Positions 16,193 through 35,225 of a stretch of DNA of 64,000 bases are shown piece after piece. Origin of the DNA: the human T2T-CHM13v2.0 reference genome, Homo sapiens; assembly GCF_009914755.1 (NCBI RefSeq), contig NC_060928.1; one strand, 5' to 3'. Within the stretch, counting starts at the first letter, position 1. Each line of letters starts with the position of its first letter. The position numbers were made by a program, and so were the translations under genes. Below the pieces are notes generated by a model. The model had not been told where the DNA came from. It did no database searches and worked only from the letters and a program-made list of their open reading frames with translations.

Positions 16193-16565
16193 CTGGAGAG
16201 TTTTTATCTTTCTGCAGACAGAAAAGCAATAGTAAGTTGATAGTCCAGATAAATGAGATTGCAAACACTAGGTGACAATACATTTAAAACAAGTCCATTT
16301 TTAAATGTGCGGCAATGAGCAGCTTCATTTCCAATGAATGGCCCATACCATTGTGATAAGAACATCCTAAAAACCTAAATGGGAAGACAGGCACAACTTG
16401 GAATGCATAAACTCCAATTAGATGTCAAATACATCCCTAATAAGTAAATGGGTCCTAATAAGTAAATAGGAAGAGTATGAAAATTACAAAAAACTGATAA
16501 AGCAGGAAAAGGATGGATGAGGGTTAGACTTGTCTGGCTTGAAAAGCATATTATGATATAAGTCA

Positions 16566-16844
<279 letters not shown>

Positions 16845-18787
16845 CTATTTTTTTTAATTGCGGAGTTTATAGCATCATTATTATCAAAAGGGGCTTAGCC
16901 AAGCAGTCAGGAACAGGAGACATTTCTCTGAATTTATAGCTCCAGACTTTATGTCGGAAGTTGTTATGCACCTTCAATCAGCAAAGAAGGTAAACTCCAA
17001 AATTGTTTGCAATTACATAATAATTTCCTTAATTAATAAGTATATTTAAATTCTAGGGAGATTTAAAGTTAGGTACGAAAATCATTAAGTAAATCAAACC
17101 AAAAGTTGAGCAAAAATTTGAAACAAAAAAGAATATTAAATGTATCAATAAAATGTGAACTATTTCATTAAACAAATTACAAAAGGCCTCAAAAAAGATT
17201 TATTTGAGTAAGACCTTAAGATGAGCTTAACAACTTGTGAAACAGGTTTGAAATGTTAACTTCAATAAATGTAGTTTTAATTTTTAAAAGTCAAAGTAAT
17301 CCATGACGAACTTTCTCTCTGCCTATGATGGAGTTGCTGTTCCCAAACAGTCCTCCTAAGCACAACGACAAAAGTAGACCAAAAAAAGTAAGAAGAAACT
17401 GTTGAAGAGTTCTGTCTGATAAAAGCAACCAAAGCGGCCAGGACATGAGGAACCAAAATCACGGAATGGCGGGACTGAAGCACTGAAACAAACTCTGCAT
17501 TCCGCGTGCCCTTTCCTCTTAAGGTGGGTATTTGCACACAAAAATTGTACACACCTGTGGCACAGCTCAGACAAACCAAGCAGGAAGAAGCTGCTAGAAG
17601 AAATGAGTCGGCTTACTGAAGCCTCTACTATTTCTGAGCAGATATTTCAGCAGTCTGTCAGCACTAGGGAGACAAAATTTTGTTGGTGTTGAGTGCCTAA
17701 CAGAGGAGGAGCCCTGGAAAGAGATCCCAAAAGCATTATGCTCTGGGAATGTGGACAAACCAAAAAACCAGTCTACTCAATCATGGCGATCTGCTCAGAC
17801 TGCTAGAAGAAGGTTAAATCCACTCTCTATGAAGATATCATCCAAATTTTCAATAAAAAATTGCCAGGCATCAGGAATCTCTCTGAATCTGCTGTGATTC
17901 TGAAGGCTGCCTGATTCACGAATCATAAGTTTAAAAATAATGAAAAAAATTTTTAAAATTGCCAGGCATGCCAAAAAACAGAACCTGATGTTCCGGAAAT
18001 GAGAAAATGGAAACAGACCCACAAGTAATCTAGACTGGAGTTAACAGACATTGACATTAAAACAAAAGATTGATGTGTTTAAGAAAATTAAAAGACAGAC
18101 TCTCACCAAGGAACAAAGATCTACAAAAACAAACAAAAATTAAGAATTCAATCGATGAGTTTAACAGCAGCTTTCCTAGTTTAGACACAAATTAGGAAAG
18201 AGAATTTAGTGAACTGGAAGACTAGTACACAGAAAACATCCAGGATGAAAATTATGAATGATGAAAATTATTACCATGAAAGGGGGAAAAATCTCCTAAT
18301 TAAAAAGAATGAGAACTACATAAAAGAGCATAACAAACATATGGGATAAGATGAAAAAGGTCTGTCATACGCATAACAGGCAACCTGAGAGAGAAGGGAA
18401 AATGCAGCAAAATGGGTACTTAGACAGAATCAGTATTTGAAGAAATACTGGCCAGTATTTTCCAAAACTGACAAAGGTATCAAGCCACAGATTGAAGAAA
18501 CTCTAGGAACACCAAAGAGGATGAATACAAAAAAAGACAAATCTAGGCATATCATAATAAAACTGCCAAAAACCAAAGTTATCTCCTAATAACTGTTTCT
18601 GTAATCCAGAAACATAATCATATTTACAAGTCTATTCATTTGGAGTCTGGAAAAGTAGAAACCATTTAAAGACTGACACCCAGCAAATTCAAGGTACATG
18701 GCTGGGTTTTAATCTGTGAACACAATGAATGGTAATAATTAGCCAAAATTCTGTTCTCTTGAAGCAGTGAAAGAGAAGGCACAAGTA

Positions 18788-19438
<651 letters not shown>

Positions 19439-20646
19439 TAATGTATGGACTTCACACCTTTACTTCAAAAAGGTTTTAAACCATCTCCCCATGTATTCAG
19501 AAACCAAAATACACCAATTCCAACACTAGCAATCACTTCTTCTACTGCCATCCCCATTTGATGTTCCTTCAGCCACTGAGGAAAAGACTTCTTAAGAGTA
19601 TCAAATAACTTATTGCTTGAATTTAAATAGCTCACTGACTCAAGACGGAAATTTTAAAGACACTTTTGTGAGGTTTCCACAAATAAAAGGCAACAACTAG
19701 AGCTAAAGTACCCAAGAAAGAGTGATCACCCATGCCCATACAAGACAGAGGGTAACACTTATAAATACAATCACAATCTTAGAAGTGCCTGCAGAGAAAG
19801 AGTTTGCCTTTCCTGTGATAGGATTAAATGTGTAATTCACATTACTCAGGAGCTGTTTCATTCCTGGCTAGGATTCTAACAATCTTCCTCGGGAGATACA
19901 GGGCCTTAGTCATTCATGAGTCACAAACCAAGTGATTAGACAGGTATAACCAAGGCACACCATCAAGCTGAAGCACGTTACATCAAAAAGAAAGGAAAAA
20001 AAACAAACTTTAATTCTAACACCAATATGGAGCAATACACTTACTCTAAGAAAAAAAACATAGTAAGGATTAAATAAATAAAATATACCAACTCAGCACC
20101 AGACTCATCTCAAAGTGCCCGATCTCTAATGAATATAGTATTCTGGGTTTAGGGAACTCTCTAAAAGTAACAACTACCTTTAAGCAAACACCAGTCTTTC
20201 CCCATGGTCAGAAGCTTTCTGGACATGTGTGCTGATCTCATTGGATTAGCATCATCTTTTTATATCAAGGAAAATACCCATCACACAACGAGATGTCCCT
20301 ACAACAAAAATCAACCTCCCACCTGTTGCCGTTTCCTTATTTGCAGATTACCTGCTAAGGCTAATCCATTTCTTTTTCTCTTTCTGTGTCCTAGACCCCC
20401 TGCAAAGCCTTAAGTGAAAGGAAGCCTTCAAATGGCTTTACACTTTACCTGATCCCAGCCGATTCATGTTATTTGGCCTGATTATGTATCTTAGCCAACT
20501 CAAAAAGCCCTTTCAAATAAGACAGAAGGGATTTGCATATGGAGATTCTTTCCCCAGCTCTGCTGCCTCTTTCGTGCTGGTCTACCTATGTCATTCATAC
20601 CTCGCCTTTCTTGTTGCTTCCTAACTAGCAAGGCCACATTTTTACT

Positions 20647-20950
20647 TTTTTTTTTTTTTTTTTTTTTGAGATGGAGTTTCACTCTTGTTGCCCAGGCTGG
20701 AGTGCAATGGCATGATCTAGGCTCACTGCAACCTCCGCCTCCCGGGTTCAAGTGATTCTCCTGCCTCAGTCTCCCTAGTAGCTGGGATTACAGGCCGATG
20801 CCACAACGCCCAACTAATTTTTGTATTTTTAGTAGAGACGAAGTTTCACCATGGTGGTCAAGGCTGGTTTCAAACTCCTGACCTCAGGTGATCCGCCCAC
20901 GTCGGCCTCCAAAAGTGCTGGGATTATAGGTGTGAGCCACTGCGCCCAGC
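20647..20950 (-). mobile_element. AluS
   Basis: PolyT then reverse Alu; flanking repeat cacatttttacttttt. Confidence 0.9.
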
Positions 20951-21851
20951 ACATTTTTACTTTTTTGAGAAGTTTAACCATTTGTCTTCAATATATGCTG
21001 GTACTCTATTATAAAAATGATAATCTGCATTACAGATACCGTATTTCTCAATTTTTTTACTCTTTATCAAACTCTTAATTGTATAGAACACTCTTTACAA
21101 TTGGAAAGCTCAAATTGCGCAACTCAAAACAACATTTTCATACAATGAAAACTGAGAAGAGGAAAAAAAAAAAAGTGCACAGGTAGAGCCTAAAGTCTTC
21201 AGCCTGCCACCTGCCCAGCTGGAACTACTGCATTTGTTGGTAGAAGCCAAGATAGCCTCAAGTTGAGAATTCCAGACTCTACTCTTCCTTTTTTTTTTCC
21301 TAGGATGACGCTAGTATATGGAGTTGCACTCTACCTCATAGCCATAGGGCATGCTGCATAAATTACATACCTCTTTAAAGTGTTTACTGAGGTTAATCTC
21401 AAAAGATAACAATCCTGAGCAATCAAATCACTGTCAGGCGATTGCTACAAACTTAGCAGTGGAAAGGAAAAGGAACACAAAATCTGAAGTTTAACTTACA
21501 TAAATTGTCCCTTGTCTTTAAAAGGTATCATGGTATTTTATTGCCTTTAAAAGGTTGATCCATGGGCTTTCATGTTATATCCGATTTGACAGATTTGTCC
21601 TGAGAGGTCCAGTGTTGATTATATTCAGGCCCAAAGCCTGCTTGTATGGTGGTTTCAGAGTTAAACTGGCTAGGTGCTCTAGGACCCCACATCATGGCAG
21701 CACAGTGATCTGGAGAACGCGGCCTAATTCCCGACAGACAGGAAGAGACCCCATCACCAAAGGGCTGTATGGTCAGTGAGAAGCCACTGAGGCCTTTTAA
21801 TCAGGAAAGGCTCACAACCCTAATGATGTTTATAAAGGAACACTCTGGGCC

Positions 21852-23496
<1,645 letters not shown>

Positions 23497-24293
23497 CGTA
23501 CCTAAACTCTCTAGCAATATATACCAGTATTTAGATAACAGCTTTAACAATTCAGCATTAAAACGTTCTGCAAGCTTGGGTCACAGAGCATGAACTTTCT
23601 TCTTCTTCATGCTCTTTGCCCTTGTGTCTATCCTACACTAAGTACACAGAAAAATGATATTTATGAAAGTATTTCCTTTAGAATTCCTTGCAAATCTGCA
23701 ATTTCTAAAAGTCATATTTGGATTTGAAAACTGAATTTCTCTACAGAGGCTGGCTATCATAAAAGCAGGGAACTATTTTTGTTTCCTGCAGAGTTCTTCA
23801 GACTCTGTTCTCAATTATTCCTATTAAGTGAAAGATTAAATCAATGTGTCACACTCTGTTGCAAGGTAGCTTAATAAAGATGTTAGCACTAGCAAGATAA
23901 AGTCACTAACCATGTTAAGGAGTAGATTTTGACAACTCTTCTACAGAATTTAGATTCTGGTAAGATTACTGAACTGCCTATAAAATTTAGAGAGCAAAAA
24001 CACACATACAGAATAGACTGAGCATGAAATTTGTGAAAGGTAAGCACAAATCCGAAGCAAACCTATCTAAGAACGCAGTATGATTAACACAGCTGTAGTT
24101 CACAAAAACTACAATTATCCTGTTTCAATGCAGGACATACTTCCAGCCAGGAATGTCCTTCCCCACCTGAATTTCTACAACCTCACATTCCTTTGATAAC
24201 TGAGAGATTAAGACAGTTCCATCCCTGAGGGAGCACAAGACCTGCGAGGTGGGAGGGTTTAGAAGCAAGTTCCTAGAGAAGACAGACCAAGTA

Positions 24294-24468
24294 CAGCTGA
24301 ATCTTGAACAGCACAGGTTTGAAGTACATGGTCCACTTATACGCAGATGGAAGAATGCCAAACCCATGTATACAGAGGGCTGACTCTGCCTATACACTGG
24401 TTCCACAGGGCTGCTTGTGGGACTTGAGTATGCAGGGATTTGGGTATATGCACCCAAAGGGACCACTG
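24294..24468 (-). mobile_element. MER8/Tigger2-family element
   Basis: ta-CAGCTGAATCTTGAACAGCACAGGTTTGAA...ACTG-ta resembles Tigger2/MER8 TIRs. Confidence 0.65.
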
Positions 24469-25234
24469 TACCCCAAGGGACCCCTGTAGATGGAAAAGAA
24501 GAAAGGAGAAGAGAAAAAGCTGTTCTAGTAAAGGAATGCAAAATCCTTAATCGAAAGAGATATGTTGGGTCATGTATACCATTCATGAGGCTGGAGTTTA
24601 GTTTTCAGAGGGGGGCAGTAACAAAATGAGGCTAAAAAGGTAAGCAAAGACCATCAAAAGGGTGCAGCGTGCCTGATCAGGAGCTAAGACTTGACCCTGG
24701 AATTCTGGAGGGTCCCTGACTGCAAGGTCCCAGCTCTACCCTCTCCTCACTCCTATATATCCTGATCCTACAAGATTTTCAGTAAAGCCAGCAAGGTATC
24801 TATAGGAAATTAATAACTTACAGAAATTAATACTTATTACTAAGGAAAAACTGTTTTGGAAGGGATCCTATGCCAACTGTACACACGGTTCTGCCTAATC
24901 TTTGGTTTTTTTAATCATGTTTATTGGAAACCCGTCAACAGGAAACAGTATTGTAAACAGTAAAATTCATCCTTTTTAAGAGCACAGTTTTCTGACATTG
25001 TAAAGTGTACACAGTCCTGTAACCACTACAATCAAGACAGATCATTCATGTTAACCCAAAGAAATCCCCTCTCCTTACCAGAGCCCCTGACAACCACTAA
25101 TCAGTTTTCTGTCCCCTTAATTTTTCAGCTTAATCTAAATCCTCTCTTTGAATAGAAACAAATGAACATAAGACCCTACAAGGCTACTGTTTTTTCATTT
25201 ACATTCCCACAAAAATCTGCAGGAATTCTGCTCG

Positions 25235-26501
<1,267 letters not shown>

Positions 26502-26756
26502 TCACGGAAGGCCTTTCCAGTGAGGCCCTCAAGCAGAGCTCTGAGGGTGGCCTTCTGGAGGAGCAGTATATGTCCAAGTGCTGGTCGAAGGAACAGCAAA
26601 GAGGCCAGTGAGGCTGAAGCAGAGTGAGGGAGGATAAGAGAGCAGGAACTCGGGTTGTATCTACCACTGACCACAGGAAGGACTTTGGCTTTGATCTGAA
26701 TGGCACTGGAAGGCACAGGAAAGTTCTGAGTGAAGAAATGATATCTATATTTAAAG

Positions 26757-26958
26757 CAGGAGTGTCCAATCTTTTGGCTTCCCTGGGCCACACTGGAAGA
26801 AGAATTGTCTTGGGCCACATATAAAACACACTAACATTAACAACAGCTGATGAGCTAAATTAAAAACAAAAATCACATAATGTTTTAAGAAAGTTTACTA
26901 ATTTGTGTTGGGCTTCATTCAAAGCCATCTTGGGCCACATGCACGTTGGACAAGCTTG
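26757..26958 (+). mobile_element. MER30-like hAT element
   Basis: CAGGAGTGTCCAATCTTTTGGCTTCCCTGGGCCAC...TTGGACAAGCTTG; 8-bp TSD atttaaag/gtttaaag. Confidence 0.85.
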
Positions 26959-27618
26959 GTTTAAAGGATCACTCTGACTTTGGTCATGGGTAGGGACAAT
27001 GCAGGGAGACCACATAAGAGTCCACCATAATAATATCAAGAGCCAAGATGAGGACACTGTCCTGCACCCCTCCCTCCATAGCCTATGAGAGCTCCCTGAA
27101 ACCTATTATCTGTGCATGTTCTGCAAAATCGCCTGCCCCAAACAATTCCATTTCCTGACCTCCTCTTACACTGCCCAAACTGGGAAAACAAGGTCAAAAA
27201 TAAATGACAGTGGTTCAGCTTCAGGCCCACAGGAAGTGAATAACTCATTTACATTTAAGAGGGGACTGACTGAGAAGCCCCTATGAATTTAAATAAAAGG
27301 AGTAGTGACTGGGGCTAGAAGACATAGGGAGGACAGCGGCAGAAGCTCTGGGAAAGTCATCACCCTTTCTCTTCTCCCTTTGCAAGGTTGACTCCACCAA
27401 ATTGGCACTGTGGGAAGATTAGCAGCAGTGAGGTGGGTCATTAGAACATTTTGGGATCCTAAGTCCCCAGGGGGAAACAAAATCAAGTTGAGTGTGAGTT
27501 AGATTTACCCAAAACCACACAGCATTGTGCCTACAACCCAGTCCTTGTTCTCCGTGAGTCTAGTACATGTCAACTACATGAAGATCAATATCCCTGCTCC
27601 CTTCCAGTTTATAATTCA

Positions 27619-27950
<332 letters not shown>

Positions 27951-28518
27951 TTATTAACAGAAAATTAAATGTGAGCAGCGGCATTACTTCTCAAAATTCT
28001 GAGACCTACAATAAAAAACATCATGATCCAGTATACAAAGATATAAAAGAAGGAGCATGTAATGTGTGTGTACTCCAAAATCATAGAAGGGCTCATTAAT
28101 TATTGCAAGGGATCCTCTCTCTAATCCACGGGTACAGTTACCATCTCAGACCAAATAATGTCTCATCATAAACACAGTACTTCTTCATTGCTAGTATGAC
28201 TAACATAAATATGGGTCTCAAATCCTTTTCTCACTGTGAATTCAATCAACAGATACCAAAATTATAATATTAGGATGTAGTTTAAGCTACTCAGCTAATA
28301 AAATGATCCTGGTTTCTTACCAGAGCCTAATAGATAGAAGCTCACATATGCATTATTTGTTTTGGAAGCACTGGCAGGGTTTCATTTGAGAAAAAAATGG
28401 GAGCTTTAAAAAATTACTAAATACTACCAATTTTACTTCTTTCCCATAAGAGACTGAATCCAAGTTGGCAAATACAGTCAGGTCCTCTATAATGTTTAAA
28501 CTTTAAGGCAATATGAAT

Positions 28519-31500
28519 TTTCACTCGCGTCCGTGTGAAGAGACCACCAAACAGGCTTCGTGTGAGCAATAAAGCTTTTTAATCACCTGGATGCAGGCGG
28601 GCTGAGTCCGAAAAGAAAGTCAGCAAAGGGAGATAGGGATGGGGCCATTTCATAAGATTTGGGTAGGTAAAGGGTAAAGGGGGTTTGTTCTCTGGTGGGC
28701 AGGGGTGGGGCGTCACAGGGTGCTCAGCGGGGGAGCTTTTGAGCCAGAATGAGCCAGGAGAAGGAATTTCACAAGGTAATGTCATCAGTTAAGGCAGGAA
28801 CAGGCCATTTTCAGTTCTTTTGTGGTGGAATGTCATCAGTTAAGGCAGGAACCAACCATCTGGATGTATATGTGCAGGTCACAGGGGATATGATGGCTTA
28901 GCTTGGGCTCAGAGGCCTGACATTCCTGTCTTCTTATATTAATAAGAAAAATAAAACAAAATAGTGGTAAAGTGTTGGGGTGGTGAAAATTTTTGGGGGG
29001 TGGTATGGAGAGAGAATGGGTGATGTTTCTCAGGGCTGCTTCAAGTGGGATTAGGGGCGGCGTGGGAACCTAAAGTGGGAGAGATTAAGCTGAAGGAAGA
29101 TTTTGTGGTAAGGGGTGATATTGTGGGGTTGTTAGAAGAAACAATTGTCCTATATAAGTATTGGTGATGGCCTGGATACAATTTTGTATGAATTGAAAAA
29201 AGAACGGAATAAGACAAGGAGAAAAACAGGTATTAAAGGACTAAGAATTGGGAGGACCCAGGACATCCAATTAGAGAGTGCCTAAGGAGGTTCAGCATAG
29301 CCCTGCCAGCAAAGATGATTTATTTACTTTAAGAGTTGAGAGTGGCGGTTTGGGGATAGCACCAGGAGATATCAGCTGTGGTGGCTTGGAGAAACAGTGT
29401 AAACCGGCAGTGTAAACAAGAGCAGGGCATGTATGAGTAGTTGAGAACGGTGAATAGGAGTATGACTAGACAGAAGATAGTAGGGATGACAAGTTTTTGG
29501 GGGCGCAGTCCAAGTTGGTCTGGTGTCTGGAATGAGACTGGGGCCTAATAAAAAGGAGCATCTATACAGGAGCTCAAATGGGCTGTATTTTGTCGCATTC
29601 CGAAGACAGGCCCGAATTCTGAGAAGGGCAAGTGGTAAAAGTATTATCCAGTCCTTTTTAAGTTGGTGGCTGAGCTTGGTGAGGTGTGTTTTTAAAAGAC
29701 CAGTAGTCCGTTCTACCTTTCCTGAAGATTGAGGATGGTAAGGGATATAAATGTTTCACTGAATACCAAGAGCCCGAAAAACTGCTTGGCTGATTTGACT
29801 AATAAAGGCCGGTCCTCTATTGAACCGTATAGAGGTGGGAAGGCCAAACCAAGGAATTATGTCTGACAGAAGGGAAGATATGACCGTCGTGGCCTTCTCA
29901 GACCCTGTGGGAAAGGCCTCTACCTATCCAGTGAAAGTGTCTACCCAGACCAAGAAGTATTTTAGTTTCCTGACTCGGGGCATGTGAGTAAAGCTAATTT
30001 GCCAGTCCTGGGCAGGAGCAAAACCCCGAGCTTGATGTGTAGGGAAGGGAGGGGGCATGAGAAATTCCTGAGGAGTAGTAGAATAGCAGATGGAACACTG
30101 AGAAGTGATTTCCTTGAGGACAGATTTCCACGATGGAAAGGAAATGTTCTAAGAGGCAGGCTAGCGGCTTGTAACCTACATGGAAGAGGTTATGAAATGA
30201 TGACAGAATAGAATGGGCCTGTGAGGCTGGAAGGAGATATTTTCCTTGGTCTAAGAACCATTTGCTTTGTGTGGGAAGAGATTGATAGGTGGAAGTTTCA
30301 GTGGGGGAGTAGGTGGGAGTGACCAATGCGAAGAAGAAAAACTGACCCTGAGGGACAGAAGTTGGAACACTAGTTGCTTTTTTAGCTAACTTATCAGCAT
30401 AAGCATTGTCCTGAGCGATGGGATATGATACCTTTTTGATGGCCCTTGCAGTGAATGACTCCAGCTTCCTTTGGAAGTAAAGCGGCTTTGAGAAGCGTTT
30501 TTATTAAAGAAGCATTAATGATAGAGGACCCTTGTGTAGTGAGGAAACCTCTTGCATAGTGGTGCAGGATATGGAAGGCATATTTAGAGTCAGTATAAAT
30601 ATTGATGTGTAGTCCCTTTGCAAGAGCAAGGGCTTGACTTCAGGCAATGAGTTCGGCTTGCTGAGCGGTAGTGGAGGGGGGCAGAGTGGTAGCCTCAATG
30701 ATAGATGTGGAAGATACTATAGCATAGCCTGCCTTTGCTGGTGAGTGGCAATTAGGACTGGTGGAACTGCCATCAGTAAACCAAGTGTTCAGGGTGAGGA
30801 ACAGGAAAGAAGGAAATATGCGGAAATGGGGTGAATGCCCGGTGGATCAGAGAGATAGTCATGGGGGTCAGGTGTGGTATCAGGAATAATGTGGGAGGCC
30901 GGATTGAAGTCTGGGCCAGGAACAATGGTAATTGTGGGAGACGCAACAAAGAGTGAGTATAGCTGGAGGAGCCGGGGAGCAGAAAGTATATGTGTCAGGT
31001 GTGAGGAAGAAAATAGATTTTGGAAGTTATGAGAGCTGTAGAGAGTGAGTTGAGCATAGTTTGTGATTTTGAGGGCCTCTAAAAGTATTAGGGCGGCGGC
31101 AGCCACTGCACGGAGACATGATGGCTAGGCTAAAACAGTAAGGTCAAGTTGTTTGGACAAAAAGGCTACAGGACGCGATCCTGGTCCTTGTGTAAGAATT
31201 CTGACTGCACAGCCCTGCACTTCGGCTGTGTGTAATGAAAAGGGTTGGGATGAGTCAGGGAGAGCTAGGGTGGGGGGCAGTCTCTAAAGCTGTCTTGAAG
31301 GAATGGAAAGAGGAGTGGGGAAAGGATTTAGGATCTATGGGGTCAGCTAGGTTTCCTTTTGTGAGTTTATATAATGGCTTTGTTAGGATGGCGAAACCAG
31401 GTATCCAAAGTCGAAAGTATCCAACCATGCCTAGGAAGGAAAGGAGTTGTTTTGTAGAAGGTGTTGGGGTTTGAGAGATCAGTCAGACACGATTGGCAGG

Positions 31501-31743
31501 GAGAGCACGTGTGTTTTTATGAAGAATTATGACAAGATAGGTAACAGATGAGGAAGAAATTTGGGTTTGACTGAAGTAATGGGGGCTGTCTGTGAAGCCT
31601 TGAGGCAGTACAGAGCCAGGATGAGCCAGAAGGAGGAATTTCACAAGGTAATGTCATCAGTTAAGGCAGGAACCAGCCATCTGGATGTGTAAGTGTAGGT
31701 CACAGAGGATATGATGGCTTAGCTTGGGCTCAGAGGCCTGACA
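28519..31743 (-). mobile_element. HERV-H provirus, internally deleted: 3' LTR7-family LTR 28519-28922, pol/env remnants 28923-31612, truncated 5' LTR ~31613-31743
   Basis: Both LTRs begin TGTCAGGCCTCTGAGCCCAAGCTAAGCCATC on the minus strand; 3' LTR ends GGACGCGAGTGAAA; PPT ATAAGAAGACAGGAA next to the 3' LTR; pol-like peptides (AAAALILLEALKIT..., QAHSILSSFHNLFHVGYKPL). Confidence 0.93.
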
Positions 31744-31817
31744 CCAATCTTTTCAGACTTAGCATTTGCTAAGTCACAAACTTTTTATTATACATAAAAA
31801 GTTCAAAAGTAACTCTA

Positions 31818-33313
<1,496 letters not shown>

Positions 33314-34580
33314 TCATGTACCCAATATGACATACTGAGATGGAAACTTTACTTCTGTGACATTTTTCCCCAAAATGCAGAACATTCATCTAATCATGAC
33401 ACTAAACATCAAGCAAACACAAATTGAGGGGCATTCTACAAATTAACTGACCGGGTCTTCTTCACTAGTGTCAAGGTCCATGAAAAAACAATGAAAGGCT
33501 GAGGAACTGTCACAGATCAGAGAAAATTAAGGATATTTAGCAGTTAAATGCAAAGTGAGATCATCGATTGGATCCTGGGCAGAAAAAGGACAGTGGAAAG
33601 ACAAGTGAAATCCAAATAAAGTCTGTAGTTTAGTTCATTGTATTATAGTAGCATGCCCATGTTATTAGTTTTGGCCCTTGTTATGCATGATATTATGGGA
33701 ACTCTCTGTACTATTTTTTGCAAATTTTCAGTAACTCTCAAATTATTTCACAATTAAAAGTTATTATAAAATAAATAATAAAATAACCAACATCTTTCAA
33801 TGTTTATAATGGAAGGGTAATGTTAGACTTAACATGCCATCTTTGTCGTTGAAACCTTTCTCATCAAGATCTCATCAAGATCTATACAATCCAGTCAAAG
33901 CTGTACTCTGAAAGCACTGTTTTGTAAAGAATATCAATAAAAAACATCTCTTCCTTACTACTCTGGTGTATTTATTTATGACTAGCTGACATTCAAATGA
34001 TAAGAGAGCTGTAAGATCCTCCTAAAAACCAAGCTTTAGGGGATATCTCTAGGACTGAGAAGGGAGTAAGAGCACTCAACTATCCACAGAAAATTACAAA
34101 AGGGAGTTCAATAATTCTTTAGCAAACCATCCAAAGCTTTAAAGGGATTGACCAATAATTTGTCATTTACCTATTCCCAATTGTCATTGACCAATTCCTA
34201 TATTGGTCAACCCCTTTAAAATATTAACATCAACAAATGTTTCCTCCACCTATAGTAACTTCTGTGCTCAGTGGGTTTTTATCCTTCCAATATCAACTTT
34301 AATTTCATACATTTGGAGAAAGGCCAAGAGTTTTTACCAACCCACACTTAACACACTATGGGACCCAGAATCAGTTTGCACCAGGGCATCATTTTCTGAA
34401 AAACCACTTTGAACTGTCAGTTTTAAACTGCATACCCACTTTCAAATGAAACTGCGAAAGGCTAAAAAACTCAGTCGTCTCGTTTGAACGGTTACCGATT
34501 TTCTAACAAATATATACACAACGCCCACCAACCTTTCCAGACACACACTCTCAGCGAAACTGGTTTTACAATTTACTCAC

Positions 34581-35109
34581 TCAGCTTAATAGAGCTCGGT
34601 CTTAACCAAAGGCTCAGGATCTCAGGATGCGTGCGCTCGGAGGCAGCGCTTTAACAATTAAGGATGTAAATGTTGGGATGAGTCACCCGGACCTTCCAAA
34701 CAAACTCTAAAGCAGCAGTTTCCACTTAACAAGACCACCAAGCATGTGCACGGTGCGTTCCTAAATCCTACCCAGTTCCTCCACAGGCTGCCTCCTTGCC
34801 GCGTCTCTCAATCTCAGTGGGAGTGGCGGGCACTGCCTCTTCCCTCCTGCGCGCCCGGAACCTTTTGAGTGGGCACAGCACGCAGCCCGCGCGCGGCACA
34901 ACCCCTTCCCCCAACCACACCCGGCGCGCCCGAGCGCTCCCCTCGCGCGGCGGCCGGCGTGGGAGGCGCTGCGGCTGGAGGTCACGATGGGAGCCGGCGG
35001 GTGGCCGCCTGGGGAGACCCGGACATCCAGGGGACGAGCTCAGGCAGCGCTGACACGAACTTCCTAAGCCGCGCTTCGGGCTGTGGACCGCCAGAGCTGA
35101 ACGCAGTGG
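34581..35109 (-). other. ABCG2: ABCG2 non-coding exon 1 (main donor at 34581; internal alternative donor at 34772)
   Basis: ATTAAGCTGA|gtgagt donor at 34581/34580 matches my recollection of the ABCG2 5'UTR junction GCTGA|AAAGATAAAAACTCTCCAGATG; second donor GGAACTGG|gtagga at 34772. 5' boundary approximate (35054-35109). Confidence 0.88.
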
Positions 35110-35219
35110 CCCCTCCCCAGCGCCCCGGGTTTCCCCAGGTCGGGGTTCGCGGGCGGGGGTGAGGCGTGGCCCCGACTGCCGGGCCGCGATAAGCGCCCTG
35201 CGACCCGGCTGAAAGCGCA

Positions 35220-35225
35220 CACGTG
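35220..35225. promoter_or_regulatory. E-box / hypoxia response element (CACGTG)
   Basis: Palindromic CACGTG containing RCGTG about 115 bp upstream of the TSS; consistent with known HIF-1 regulation of ABCG2. Confidence 0.65.

Noticed and set aside
15839-16264. 141-aa ORF suggesting a longer ABCG2 N-terminus (MQSHLSGLSTYY...)
   Set aside because: The extension lies in intron 1 upstream of the acceptor at 16212 and the tail is intron 2 read-through
29523-31474. HERV-H pol/env as coding genes
   Set aside because: Only short, frameshifted fragments; gag/pro and most of env are missing
34796-35162. Plus-strand ORFs in the CpG island suggesting an antisense gene
   Set aside because: Expected in stop-poor GC-rich DNA; non-ATG starts and no recognisable protein
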